From contig JABVCE010000030.1 in the NCBI GenBank assembly GCA_014905635.1, forward strand, positions 248,001 through 312,000: 64,000 nucleotides of DNA. Reading direction: 5' to 3'. This document shows positions 12,549 to 24,200 of the stretch, piece after piece. The position numbers and the translations under genes were made by a program. Source of the DNA: Scenedesmus sp. PABB004 (Eukaryota). The notes under the pieces are model-generated. The model did no database searches. It was not told the DNA's origin and saw nothing but the letters and a program-made list of their open reading frames with translations. The number at the start of each line of letters is the position of its first letter. Positions within the stretch are counted from its first letter, which is position 1.

Positions 12549-14374
12549 TGCAGCGGCAGCGGCCGGCGCCGCGGCGCGCCGCGGCGCGTGTCGCGCGGGC
12601 AACCCAACCAATCAATCTGGCGAGGGGAGAGCGCATCTCTTCCGAGCGCGCGTGACGCTGCCACCCAGGCCTTGCCTGGCGGGTAACTCGTGCCCATGAG
12701 CTTGCCTCCCCCCTCGGGCGCCAGCCGCCGTCGACGGTCCCCGCCCGCACGGCGTCAGCAGTCACCCGCCGGCCGACGCCATGCGGCGGCGCCCGGCTCG
12801 CGCCGCGTGCGTCTGGTGCGGGGCCGGCGAGCTGGCGCGACCTGTGTGTTACAGCTCTGGACGCCCACGCGCCAAGCGGCGGGCGCGTGAGCGCGATTTC
12901 CTCGGGCTGGCGGGCCGCGTGCGGTGGGCGCCGCCCGGCGGGTCGCGCTGCGGCGCCACTCGGGTGATCCACAGCAGTGTCGAGCTTGACGGTCGCGATG
13001 CGATGTGCGCGGCCGGCCCGATTGGCCGCTCCGCGCTGCACATCGAGCGCCCGAGCTCGCATCGCTGGCGCGCCCTGTGTGTCGCCCACAGCGCGCCACA
13101 GCTCAGCGCCCGCGGCGAGACGCACCGGCGAGCTGAGACCGAGCTGCCGGGAGCTGCTGGCGCGCGACCGCGCGCTGCATGCGACGTCGCGCTGCGCTGA
13201 ACCTGAGCGCGTCAACGACCCCGCGGCCGCCCGCCCCTCAGCGCTCCCCGCCGGCTCCCGCGCTGCTCCCACACTGCGCCCGCTGCTCCCCGCGAGCGGA
13301 CCGACAGGCCAGCGCAGCCTCCCTCGCCGGGCGCTTGCCGGCCCGCACCCGCACCCACTCGCCGGCGGCCAGCAGGTGCGCAAGCGGCGTCGCGGGCGCG
13401 GGAGGCAGCAGGGCGTGGACCTGGCGGCCGAACGCCGGCGCCGGGGGGCAGGGGGCGGGCGGCGCACCGGCCTCGGCTAACCAGCGCCACCCGGGCGCGG
13501 GCGCTGGGGGCCCGGGCCGACGCCCCGCGCGGCGTGGGGCGCGCGCTAATGCTCCGCGCCGCCGTCGCCGCCCGCGCGCGCCTGACCGCGCGCCACAGGC
13601 GTCGGGTGTGCCCTGTCAGTGCGGGCGGCCGCGACCAGCAGCGCCCCCAGGCGCCGCCGCAGACACCCGGAGGCGCCAAGCGGCACTCGACACGCAGGCT
13701 CCTCGCGCCGGCGAGCCCACAGGTGCGCCGCGGGCGGCGAGACGCAGCAGCCAAGGCGCTGGGGCAACTGCCTGCCCCGCCCGCGCGCCGGCGGCGCGGG
13801 CGGCCGGGCGGCGTGGCGCTGCGGCCTTGGCGACGCCGGCGCGCCAGAACGCCGCGCGGGGCGGCCGGCGCGGCGGCGCGTGGCGGGGGCGCGGGCGCAT
13901 GGCGCGCACCGTCTGCTCCCGCCCGCCCCGGCGCGCCCGCGGCCCCGCGGGCGGCCGTGAGGCTGTGGCGATCCGCGGGAGGCCCCCCGCCGCGGCGGCG
14001 ACGGGCGAGGGGCCCGCGCCGCCCCGCACGGCAGCAGTCGTTGCCTCGCGCCGGGCAGGGCCGCCTGCGCCCCCGGGGGCGGGCCATCGCGGCGCATTGC
14101 CCGCCCATCAACGCGCCCTCCGCGGCCCCGGGCACCGTCCCTGACGCGCCGCGCCGCGCCGCCGCCGCCGCGCCGCGCGCCCGCCGCGCCGCGCAGGCCG
14201 CCGACAGCAGCAGCAGCGCCGGAGCGCGCAGCGTCCGCGGCGACGCGGCGCCCAGCGCGGCGGCGCACGCGGGCGACGGCCGGACGCGAGGTGCGCGCCG
14301 GAGCCCGGCGGCGCGCGAGCGCGTGAGCGCGCAGGCGCAGGCGCAGCAGCAGCAGCAGAGGCGGCGACGCAACC

Positions 14375-17214
14375 ATGTGGTGGTACATCGCCTTTAGCAT
14401 CATCTTCACGATCTATGCAGTCGACCTGCTCTTCCTCTTTATCGCCTCGCTCTTTGCGGCGGTGACGGAGCACTTTGTGCCGCACCTCAGCACCGCGGCG
14501 ACCAAGGCGCACAAAAAGGCGGCGAAGCGCGAGGCCGCGAAGCAGCAGCAGGCCGCCGCCGCGGTGCGCGCGGCCGGCAAGGATGCCGGCGCCGCCAAGG
14601 AGATGTCGATCACGGTCGACACGCGCGGGGTGAGCAGTGCCGCGCAGGCGCGGGGCTCGAGAGGCGCGGGGCGCTCCTGCCGGCAGGGGGCCGGGCGCGC
14701 GCGCGCGCGCCCCCCTGCAGACGGCAGCGGCGCCAGCGCAGCCCGGTGGGCCGGCGCGCAGCGGCAGCGGCAGCGACGGCCGCGGCGGCGCGGCAGCTGG
14801 CGGCAGCCGGCGGGGGCGCAGCGGCTGTCGGCGGCGGCCGCCAGCAGCGGCGGCGGCCGGCGGCCAGCGCGCGGCGCGGCCAGGCGGCGGCGGCCGCCCC
14901 GCGCAGCGCAGCCGCAGGGCAGCAGCAGCCGCGCCTGGGCGTTGCGCGCGCGTGCCGCGGGCCGCCCTCGGCCCTCCGCTGACCGCGCGCCCGCGCCCGC
15001 GCCGCACGTCAGAACGTGGTGCCCGACCCGCCGCTGAAGGCGCCCGGCAATGACTTCAGCTACCTCACAGACCTCTACCACGGGGAGTTCCCCAAGGTGC
15101 GGCGCGGCGCGGCGCGGGCGGGCGACAGGCAAGGCTCCCGGGCCCGGCTGGCCCTGCCTGCCACGCGCCCCGCGGCTGGGTCGGCGGCGGCGCGCGCGCG
15201 CGCGCCGGCCGGCGCGCCGACCCGCGCGCGCCGCGCCCGCCCGCGCCCGCGCGCCGCCGCGCCGCGCCCAGGTGCTGATCCAGCTGCCGATGTACAACGA
15301 GGACGCGCACTGCGACCTCATCATCCAGCGCTGCTGCAAGATCAAGTGGCCCAGCCACCGACTCCTCATCCAGGTGCGCGTCGAGGCCGGCGCGGCCAGC
15401 GGCTGGCGACTGGCCCCTGCTGCTGCGGGGGGCTGCCGGCTGCTGGCGCCGCGCGCCTGCGCTGCGCGGCCCGCCGACGCCCCCCCCCCCCCCCCCCCCC
15501 GCGCGCGCCGCGCGCGCAGGTGTGCGACGACTCGACGCGCGAGAGCGTGCGCCAGAAGGTCGACGCCGCGGTCATCACGTGCCTGGAGCAGGGGCACAAC
15601 GTGCAGCTCGTGCGCCGCGACAACCGGTCCGGCTACAAGGCGGGCGCGATGGTCGACGGCATGGCGCGCGTGGAGGACCAGGGCTTTGAGTACGTTGCCA
15701 TCTTTGATGCCGACTTTGAGCCGCCCGAGGACTTTCTGTACGCGACCGTCATCCACATGGTGCGCGACGACAACATCGCGTTTGTGCAGACCTGCTGGAC
15801 CTTCATCAACAGCGACTCCCTGCTCACCTGGTGCGGCACACACCGCACGCGCTGACGCCGCGCGGCGGCGGCGGCGGCGCTCGAGCGGCGCGGGGGGCGG
15901 CGGCGCGGCGCGGGAGCGCGGGAGCGGCGGCGGCGGCGCGGGCGCGGGCGCGGCGGCGGCGGCGCGCTGAGCGCCGCCGCTCCCCCGGCGCGGCCGCGCG
16001 ACCGCAGGGCGCAGAAGGTCGGCCTCGCGTTCCACTTTGCGGTCGAGCAGCGCGCGCGCAGCTTCCTGGGCCACTTTTTCAACTTCAACGGCACCGCGGG
16101 CGTGTGGCGCATCCGCGCCATCAACGACGCGGGCGGCTGGGAGAGCGACACGGTGGTGGAGGACATGGACCTCTCGCTGCGCGTGTACCTCAAGGGCTGG
16201 CGCAGCATCTACCTCCACGACGTCAAGTGCCCCAACGAGCTCCCCTCCACGCTCTCCGCGTACAAGACGCAGCAGTTCCGCTGGCTGAGCGGGCCGATGC
16301 AGATCGTTCGCAAGTCGTTTGCCAACATCTGGTTCAGCAAGTGCGGCCGCGCGCGCGCGCGGCCGCCGCGACTGCGCCCGCGCCCCTGCGCCTGCGCCGC
16401 GCGCCGCGCCGCGCCTCCCTCCCAGCCCTTCTCTCTCCCGCGCCCCGCTCAACCCGCGCCGCGCCCTCTCACCCCCCGCCGCGCCGCCGCCCGCGCCGCC
16501 CCGCGCAGGGACATCGGCCTGCTGTCCAAGCTCAACTGCTACTGGTTCTTCTGCCGCTACTTTGTGTTTGCGATCGTCACGATCGTCGCGCTGCTCGCGA
16601 GCCCGATCGTGCTCTGGCTCGACCCCTGGGTCTGGGGCTTCCCCACGATCTACTTCCTCGTCTCTGCCAACGTCGCGGTCGTGGTCTACCTCTACTTTAC
16701 GATCTTCTCCTACGTCTTCCTGCTCTTCAGCGTCGTGCTGGGGTACTTCAAGGTGCGCGCTGAGGCAGGGAGGCAGGGAGGGAGGCAGGCAGGCAGGGAG
16801 CGAGGGAGGGAGGCAGGGGAGAATGAGAGGAGAGAGGAGGCGGCCGCCCTTGCTTGCGCGCGGCGGCGGCCGCGGCCGCGGTCTCGGCGCGCGCGCCAGC
16901 TCTGACCCGCCGCCCCGCCCCCGCCCCGCGGCACGCGCGCGACGCGCGCGGCGCAGATGTGGGCGATGACGTCGGGCATCCTCGGGCTCAAGAAGTCCAA
17001 GTCCTGGAAGGTCACGCTCAAGTTTGCGGCCAACGACAACAACAGCTGGCTCCGCTCCTACCACAAGCCCTACACGCTCGAGCTCGCGCTCTTTGCATAC
17101 TACGGCGCCATGCTCGGCTGCAGCATCTGGTACGAGAACTGGGGCCTCACCGCATACAACGGCGTCATGTCGCTCGCCTTCCTCGTCGTCGCGTTTGGCG
17201 ACTACTTCCTGTGA
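14375..17214 (+). CDS. Cellulose synthase-like GT2 (CslA/CslC/CslK-type beta-glycan synthase), 7 exons
   Basis: N-terminal TM, then VLIQLPMYNE, QVCDDST, RRDNRSGYKAGAM, IFDADF (DxD), FNFNGTAGVWRI, TVVEDMDL, ELPSTLSAYKTQQFRW (QxxRW) and multiple C-terminal TMs. Exons ~14375-14629, 15013-15097, 15272-15373, 15520-15830, 16008-16340, 16509-16752 and 16957-17214. Confidence 0.95.
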
Positions 17215-18169
17215 GGCGGCGCGACGCGGCGCGGCGCGACGCGGCGCGAGGCGAGGCGAGGCTGTCGGCGGCGTCGTGCGCGCGCGCGCGCGCCGCGGCC
17301 CGCCGCGAGGCGCGGCGGCAGCGCGCAGGCGCGCGGCGGCGCAGGGGGCGGCGCGGCGGGCGGGCGGCGGCGGCGCGCAGCAGCAGCGCGCCGCCGCTGC
17401 GGCCCGCCGCCGCGCCGCGGGCGGCGGGCCGGGCGGGGCGCGTGTGCACCCCCGGGGGCGCGCGGAGTTGTGTGGGGCGCGCGCAGCCGCCGCTCCCCCC
17501 GCGGCGCGAGCCCGCGGGGCGACGCACTGCGCTGGGGGGGCTTTCTGACGGCCCCTCAAGACTCGTGGGCCGGCGGGGCGGCGCTAGGCCCCCTGCGCTC
17601 TCTCTCTCTCGCGCTCTCTCTCGCTCTCTCTCGCTCTCTCGCTCGTGCGCGTGGCGCGGGGAGCCCGCGCGTCCGCGTCGGGGCGTGGGCCCCAGATCGC
17701 GCCCCGCGCGCGCGCCCGCGGCGGCGGCACCGGAGCCAGCCGCCCCTCGCTCACGGGGGCGCATACGCCACCACGGCGCTGGCCATATACTCATCGGTGA
17801 CCGCCCGCGGCGGCCGACCGCGGCCGGCGCGGCGCGGCGCGGCGCGGCGCGCGTTAGCTCGACACAACGCACGGCCACGCATTGCGGCTCGCCGCGTGAC
17901 ACCCGGCGGCTGGGTTTGCGGTTAGGAACGCCAACGCACTGCTAGAGTGCCGGCCGCGAGGCGACGCCAGGCGTCGGCGCGACGCACTGCGACGAGGGGG
18001 AGGGGGTCGCGGGTGCACAGAGGCCGGCGGCGGGGCCGGCGGCGGCGGGGCTCGGGGGCTCGGGGCGCGCGCGTCGCGCGGCCCGCCCCCGCAGCCGCCG
18101 CCGCGGGCCCGCGGCGGCGGCGGCATGACTGCTGAGCGTGTGTGCGAAACAGGCGTAGGCGCGCTGCGT

Positions 18170-18174
18170 TTACA
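18170..18174 (-). terminator. TGTAA polyadenylation signal (probably for GH16b)
   Basis: ttaca on the + strand, ~540 bp downstream of the GH16b stop. TGTAA is the established chlorophyte poly(A) signal. Confidence 0.55.
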
Positions 18175-18715
18175 CATACACTTAATCGGGGGACGCGGCC
18201 ACAGCGGCGGTCCCCCGCCTACGTACTCTCGAGCAGGGCCTGTCTGGGCGGGTGTGTCGGGCGTTGGCAGGCAGGCGGCTCAGATTGCACAGAATTGCGC
18301 CTGCTGCGTGGCGCCGCACCAACGCCCCGCGGCTGGTGCGAGCCGCCCGCGCGCCGAGCGTGCTGCCCTGTCGGTGTCGGCCCGCGCCGCGCGCCCGCGG
18401 CGGCCTGCGGTCGCGGCGGCCTGAGCCGCGCGCCCGCGGCCGCCGGCGGTCGCGGCCGGGCGCACTCGAATAAGCACCACCGAGGCCGCATCTGTGTGCG
18501 CGCAAGCGAGGAATGCGAGGGCCCTGCAACTGAAACGCGACGAGCCCGCGCGCGGTGTCCGGACCGGCTGCGCGAGCGCAGCCCCGCCCTCGGCCCGCGC
18601 GCCAGCGTCAGCAACTCGGCCCCAGCCGCAAGACTCTTGAGATTGGCCCAGCAGACTCTGCCACACACACCGACCCTTCCCTCCCGCACGCTCTCTCTCT
18701 CTCTCTCTCTCTCGC

Positions 18716-20556
18716 TCACTCGCGCATGCCGTTGGGGGGCAGCAACGGCACGGCGGCGGGCGTGTCGGCCGCGGCCGCCGCCGCCGCGCCGCCGTCCGCC
18801 GTCGCGCCGCGCGCGGGCGCGGGCGCGGCGCGCGCCACGTTGGCGGTCGGCGGCGCCTCGTCGGCGGGGAAGGCGCGCAGCCAGTCGATGAGCATCGCGC
18901 TGGGGCTCAGCACGGGGTCGGGACTGCTCGGCACGAGCTGCCCGCCGACGTGGTGCGACGCCTCGATGAACATGGGCTGGTCAAACGGCCACGCGGGGAG
19001 GTCGAAGCGGCTCACGCCGTGCGCCTTGGCGCCGTCCACGCTCCAGCGCACCCAGTCGCAGCTCCACTCCAGCCGGTACACGTGCCAGTCGCCCGCGGTG
19101 TCGCCGAGGGGGTACGAGTCGAGCCCGCTCCAGCCCGGCGCGCCGCCGCCGGTGCCGTACTGCAGGAACAGCGACACGCTGGTGGAGGTCGTGACGTGCT
19201 CGGCGATGCTGATCTGCCCGCTCGCCGGCCAGAGGCCATAAGCGCCGCACTCGTCGGCGGCGGTGCAGTGGGTGCTCGCGTTGCCCGCCGCCTCGGCGCT
19301 CTGCGTCTGGGGCTGCGGCAGCAGGCGCAGCCCGCTGCGCGTGCCGGGGGCGGTGGGAAATTTGACGCGCGCCTCGATGGTGATCGCCGTGCAGTCTGGC
19401 GGCGCGCGCGCGGCACGAGCGCAGGGCGGGCGGGCGGGCGGGGTGGGCGCGTGACGGCAGCGCGCGCGCGCGCACACACGCACATGCGCCAGCGGCGTGC
19501 GCCCCCCTCTGCGCCAGCCCCACCTTGGCCGGGCACGGCCTGCGGGGGCGCAAACACGCGCTTGCCCTTGCTGCGCACGCCGCCAGAGCGCCACGCGGTG
19601 CGCACCGCGCCGTACGGCTCAGCGCCGCCGGCGCAGAGCACGGGCGGGGCGTGGTACGTCGCCGCGAGGCGCAGCACGCTGGTGGAGCTGGCATTGCGCG
19701 CGGGCGCGAGCGGGTCAGGCGCGGTGCCCGCGTTGGCGGTGAAGCTCTCAAAACACTGCAGCTCGCCGAGCCCGAAGCCCAGGAAGTTCCAGCCGCGGTC
19801 GAGGCCGTTGCCGATCTTGAAGGACCAGCTGCTGTTTGAGATGGAGCTGAAGTCGTCGTAAAAGACCTGCCGCGGCGCGGCGCGGCGCGGCGTCAGCAGA
19901 ACCAGCAGCTGGCTCTGCAGCGCGCGCGAGCCCAGCGGCTGGCCGTCCGCCGCAGCCGGCGCGCCGCGCGTCTGCGCGCGCGCCCGCGCGCGCCCCGCGT
20001 GGGCGCACCTCGGTGAGCGGCGGCACCGGCGGCAGCACCACGGGGCGCAGCAGCGCGGCCGCGGCGGCCGCGGCGGCGGCGGCGGCTGCCGCGTCTGCGG
20101 CCTCCGCGCGCTTGACCACGACAAAGTAGTAGGTGGGACCCACGACGCTGGGGACGACCACCGCGACGAGCACGGCCGCCCAGATCAGGCGCGCGCGCAG
20201 CCGGCTGGCCGGCGGCACGGGCACGTCCTTGTAGTGCACGCCCGGCTCGGGGCAGGCCGGGCCGCCTGGCGACGACGTCGGCGGCGGCGGCGCGGCGGTG
20301 GGCGCTGGGGCTGCAGCCGCTGCGCCCATACACTGGCCGTACGCTCGCGCGCTGCATGCAGCGCATGCACCCGCGCCGCGCGCGGGCGTGCCGCACCCGG
20401 GCCGCGCGGCAGGTCCAGGGCGAGGTCGGGCGGCGGGCCCTCCTCAGGAATGGCGGCGCGCGGCACGACGTCCCAGTCCTCGGAGCTCGAGAGGCTCGGG
20501 ATGGGCGCGGGCTCGCCGCCCATGTGCAGGCTGTGCGCGCTGCTGCTTGGCCGCAT
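18716..20556 (-). CDS. GH16-fold protein with N-terminal membrane anchor and degenerate catalytic motif (GH16b, probable pseudo-enzyme), ~4 exons
   Basis: TM LIWAAVLVAVVVPSVVGPTYYFVVV, then VFYDDF, GFGLGELQCF, ITIEARVKFP, WPASGQISIAEH (vs ELDIME), WHVYRLEW, FDQPMFI...VGG and MLIDWLRAF. The reading frame is intact through the splice sites. Confidence 0.88.
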
Positions 20557-20670
20557 GGCTGCGACAGCGGGCACCGCGGCGAGGCGGCGGTCGGCGCGCG
20601 CAGCGAGCAGCGCGGCCGCCCGCGCAGCGCCGGCGTGTCGCCAATTGGCTGGCGCGGCTCACCTCAGACA

Positions 20671-21213
20671 CTTCGCTGGGATGAGGGTGGCGTGAGAGCG
20701 GACAGGCTGGCCGGGGGCGAGCGCAGCAGGCGCGGGCGCGCGCCGCGGCGCTGCTGCGGGGCAGCCGTGCGCGAGGCGCGCGAGGCGGCCGTATTGCGGG
20801 CACCCGTGAGCATGCAAAGCGTATGGGCGGGCCGCGCGCCTGCCTCAGCGCTCGTAGCGGCCGTGGCGGGCGGCGGCGGGCTGCTACAGCCGCGCTGTCA
20901 CGCCTCGCGGCTCATGCGCCGCGCCCCAGGCCCTCCTCGCCGTCCCACACACCCTGCGCGCTAGTCACACGCGAACTGTCACGCGCCAGGCCGCGCCTGA
21001 CGCCCCGCCGCGAGACAGCGACACAAGCCAGCGCCGCTGCTCGGCGCGCGGCGCCCAGCGCGGAGCCAGCCGCGAGGCGCGCGAATTGGGCGTGAGGCCA
21101 GCTCACGAGCCACCTCCCGGCAGCGCGGCGCCATGAGCGACAGCGGCGGCACGCCGCGCTTCCGCTGGCGGCGCACGAGCACGAGCGCCGCCGGCGGCGC
21201 CCACGAGCCGTCC
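20671..21213 (+). repeat. Direct duplication copy 2: bidirectional promoter between GH16b (-) and large GT2 (+), plus GT2 5' codons
   Basis: Near-identical to 7921-8480. It lies mostly between the divergent ATGs at 20556 and 21133. Confidence 0.95.
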
Positions 21214-24200
21214 ACCCTCTCCCGGGGCGGCGGCAGCAGCGGCGACGGCGCTCCTCCGGCCCGGCCGGGCCAGGCCGTGCTCGAGCGCAGCGGCAATGGC
21301 GGCGCCGGCGCGCTGCCGTCCGCGGCGGACCAGCGCGGACTGCCGACCTCCTCCTCCTTCCTGACCGACCCGAACGCCGGTGAGGGGGCGGGAATGGCAG
21401 TTGGCCATTCCCGAACGGCGCCCGGGCGGCAGGGATGGCAGCTGGCGCTGGTGGCCGAGGAGCGCGCGCGGTCAACCCTCGCCCGCCCGCTGCTGCCGCT
21501 GCCGCCGCCGCTCGCCGCCGGCGGCACGCGTGCAGCTGCGCGCCGTCGCGCGCCGCCGCTGCCGCCCGCCGCGCGCCGCCGCGCGCCGCCGCCCACCGCC
21601 GCCCACCGCCCCCGGCCCACCGCCGCCGGCCCACCGCCGCCCGCCGCCGCCCGCCGCGCCGGGCCGCGCCGCGCAGGCGACGACGTCCGCAGCGCGCTCG
21701 GCACCACCAGCACCACCAGCACCAAGAAGCTCCGCGCCATCGGCGGCAACGATATCACGCTGCACTTCTTCACTTCCAAGAAGCTCGACCTCTCCAGCGG
21801 CAGCGGCGCGGGCAGCGAGGCCAGCAGCGAGCACGGCAGCGACGCCGGCGACGCGGAGCCGCCGCCGCGCGTGCGCATCAACACCCACATGTGCGCCCGA
21901 GCCGCCGCGCCGCCGCGCCTGCGTTCCGCGCCGCCGCACTGCAGCCGCGCCGCGCTGACAGCGGTCACGCCCGCCGCGCGCGTCGCCGCCGGCGCAGGTA
22001 CACGGGCGGCATGACGCTGATGGCCCTCGCGGCGGTGGCGGGCATGAGCTTCTACAACGTGAGACCTGCTCACGCCCACTGAGCAGCCGGCAGGCGCCCC
22101 TCACGCCGGCGCGCGCGCCGCCCCGGCGCGCGCGCGCGCGCGCGCCCAGCTCACCCGCGCGCCCAGCTCACCCCGCGCGCCGCCACGACCTGCCCCGCCG
22201 CGCCGCCAGGTCACGATGACCATCCTGCGCCTGAAGACGTACTACGCGGCGGTGAGGGCGCGTCGGCAGCGCTGCCGCCGCGGGGCTGCGCGCTGGTCAG
22301 CCCTGCCGCCGCCGACGACCTGGGCCCTAAACCCTTAACCCTGGTTTTGAACCTCTCAACCCCTGAACCGCCGCCCAGGTGGTGTTCATCTTCATCCCGC
22401 TCGGCATGATCTTTTTCTCCTTTGCCGTCTCCTGCGCCGTGCGCGGCGTGTTCAGCGTCATCCTCGGTGCGCGCCGGCGCTCCGCGCAGCGCGGCGCGCG
22501 GGCCCGCCCCCGGGGGCGCCAGCGTGGCGCCGGCCCTGCAACGCACCGCGCGCGTCCGGCCCTATGCAGCGCCCGGCACGGCGCGCGCGGGCGGCAGCCG
22601 CCGACCCTCGCCGCCGCCGCCGCCACCGCCGCCCGCCGCCGGCCAGGCGGCACGAGCCCGCTGGAGATCAACTCCCAGAACTTCAGCGCCATCAAGACGC
22701 CCGTGCCCAAGGGCACGGCGCTGCCGCAGATCATCGTGCAGATGCCCGTCTACAAGGAGGGCCTGGCCGAGGTCATCGCGCTCAGCTACTTCAAGTGCGC
22801 CCGCGGGGGCCCCTGCGCGCGGCGCGCCGCCGCACGCCGGCCCGCCGCAGGCTGGCCGCAGGCTGGCCGCAGCGCGCCGCGCGAGCGTGGCTGAGAGAGG
22901 CTCCGCCGCCCGCCCGCCCGCCCGCCCGCCCGGGCGCGCGCGCGCGCACACACAACCCCGCAGCGTCAAGGCGGCAATGGACTACTACGAGTCCAAGGGC
23001 GGCCGCGCCAAGTTCATCATCTGCGACGACGGCTTCCAGGCGCGCACCAGCCCCGCCGCGCAGGCGCCGCCCCTCGACTTGGAGGCGGCGCCGCCGCCCA
23101 CGCCGCGCGCGGCTGGCCGCCTCAGCTGCCGCGCCCGCACCCCCGCCCCCCACCCCCGGCCCCGCAGGTCATCCCGCCGGAGGAGGCGGTCGAGCGGTCC
23201 AACTTTTACGCCAAGCACGGCATCGCCTTTGTCGCACGCCCGCCCGCCAACCGGCGCGGCGTGTTCAAGAAGGCACGCGCCGCGGCCCGCCGCCGCGCCG
23301 CGCCGCGCGCGCCGCGCCGCGCGGCCCGCCCGAGCCGCCGGCGCTCAGCCTCTCCTCCTGTGCCGCCGCCGCACCGCTGCCGCCCCACCGCGCAGGCGTC
23401 CAACCTCAACTACCAGCTCTCGGTCAGCGATGCGATCGGGCAGGCCATGGCCGCGACGCCCGGGCTGAGCGTGCACGACGCGCTCGCGCGCGTGTGGGAG
23501 GACCGCGAGCGCGAGTTTGTCGCCGCGGGCGACCTGTCCATGGAGTCCGACTGCCTCATCCTGCTCATTGACGCGGACACCAAGGCGCGGAGGGACTCGC
23601 GCGCGCGGGGGCGGCGCGGGCGCCGCGCGGCGGCGGAGCGGGGGCGCGCCGGGCGCGGGGCAGCGCACAGGGCGCGCGGGCGGCGCGAGACGCGCGGGGC
23701 GGGGGCATACAGGGCGCGGCGCGCGCCGTGGCGTGCTGCGACGGCGTGCTGAGCGCGCCGTGGCCGCGGCACCTGCGCAGGTGCCTGAGCGCTGCATGTA
23801 CGACGTGGTCGGCGAGTTCCTGGACTCCCCCTCGGTCGCGTACACGCAGCACTACACCACGCCGTTTGACGACCAGTGCCGCAACTACTGGCGCGTCGCG
23901 GAGCCCCGCGCCGCGCCCGCGCGGGGCTCGCGCGCCGGGCGGGCCCCGCTCACGCGCCGCGCAGCTCTGCGCCCGCGCGCGCCTCATGAGCGCCCGCGCG
24001 CGCCGCCTGCCCTGCCCTGCCCTGCCGCGCGCCGCAGGGAGGCGCACGTGAGCGAGTTCACGCGGACCATCTACTTCCATGGCATCGCAGTCATGGTCGC
24101 CTACGGCGACTGCTGCCCCCTGGTGGGGCACAACGCCTTCCTGCGCTGGGAGTCCGTGCGCAAGGCGCGCTGCGCTGCTGCGAGTGCTGCGCGTGCTGCG

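Noticed and set aside
14413..17559. 1048-aa minus-strand ORF and the many other long Arg/Ala/Pro/Gly-rich ORFs in the track
   Set aside because: These are antisense shadows or stop-poor frames caused by ~80% GC. The conserved motifs lie on the opposite strand or in spliced frames.
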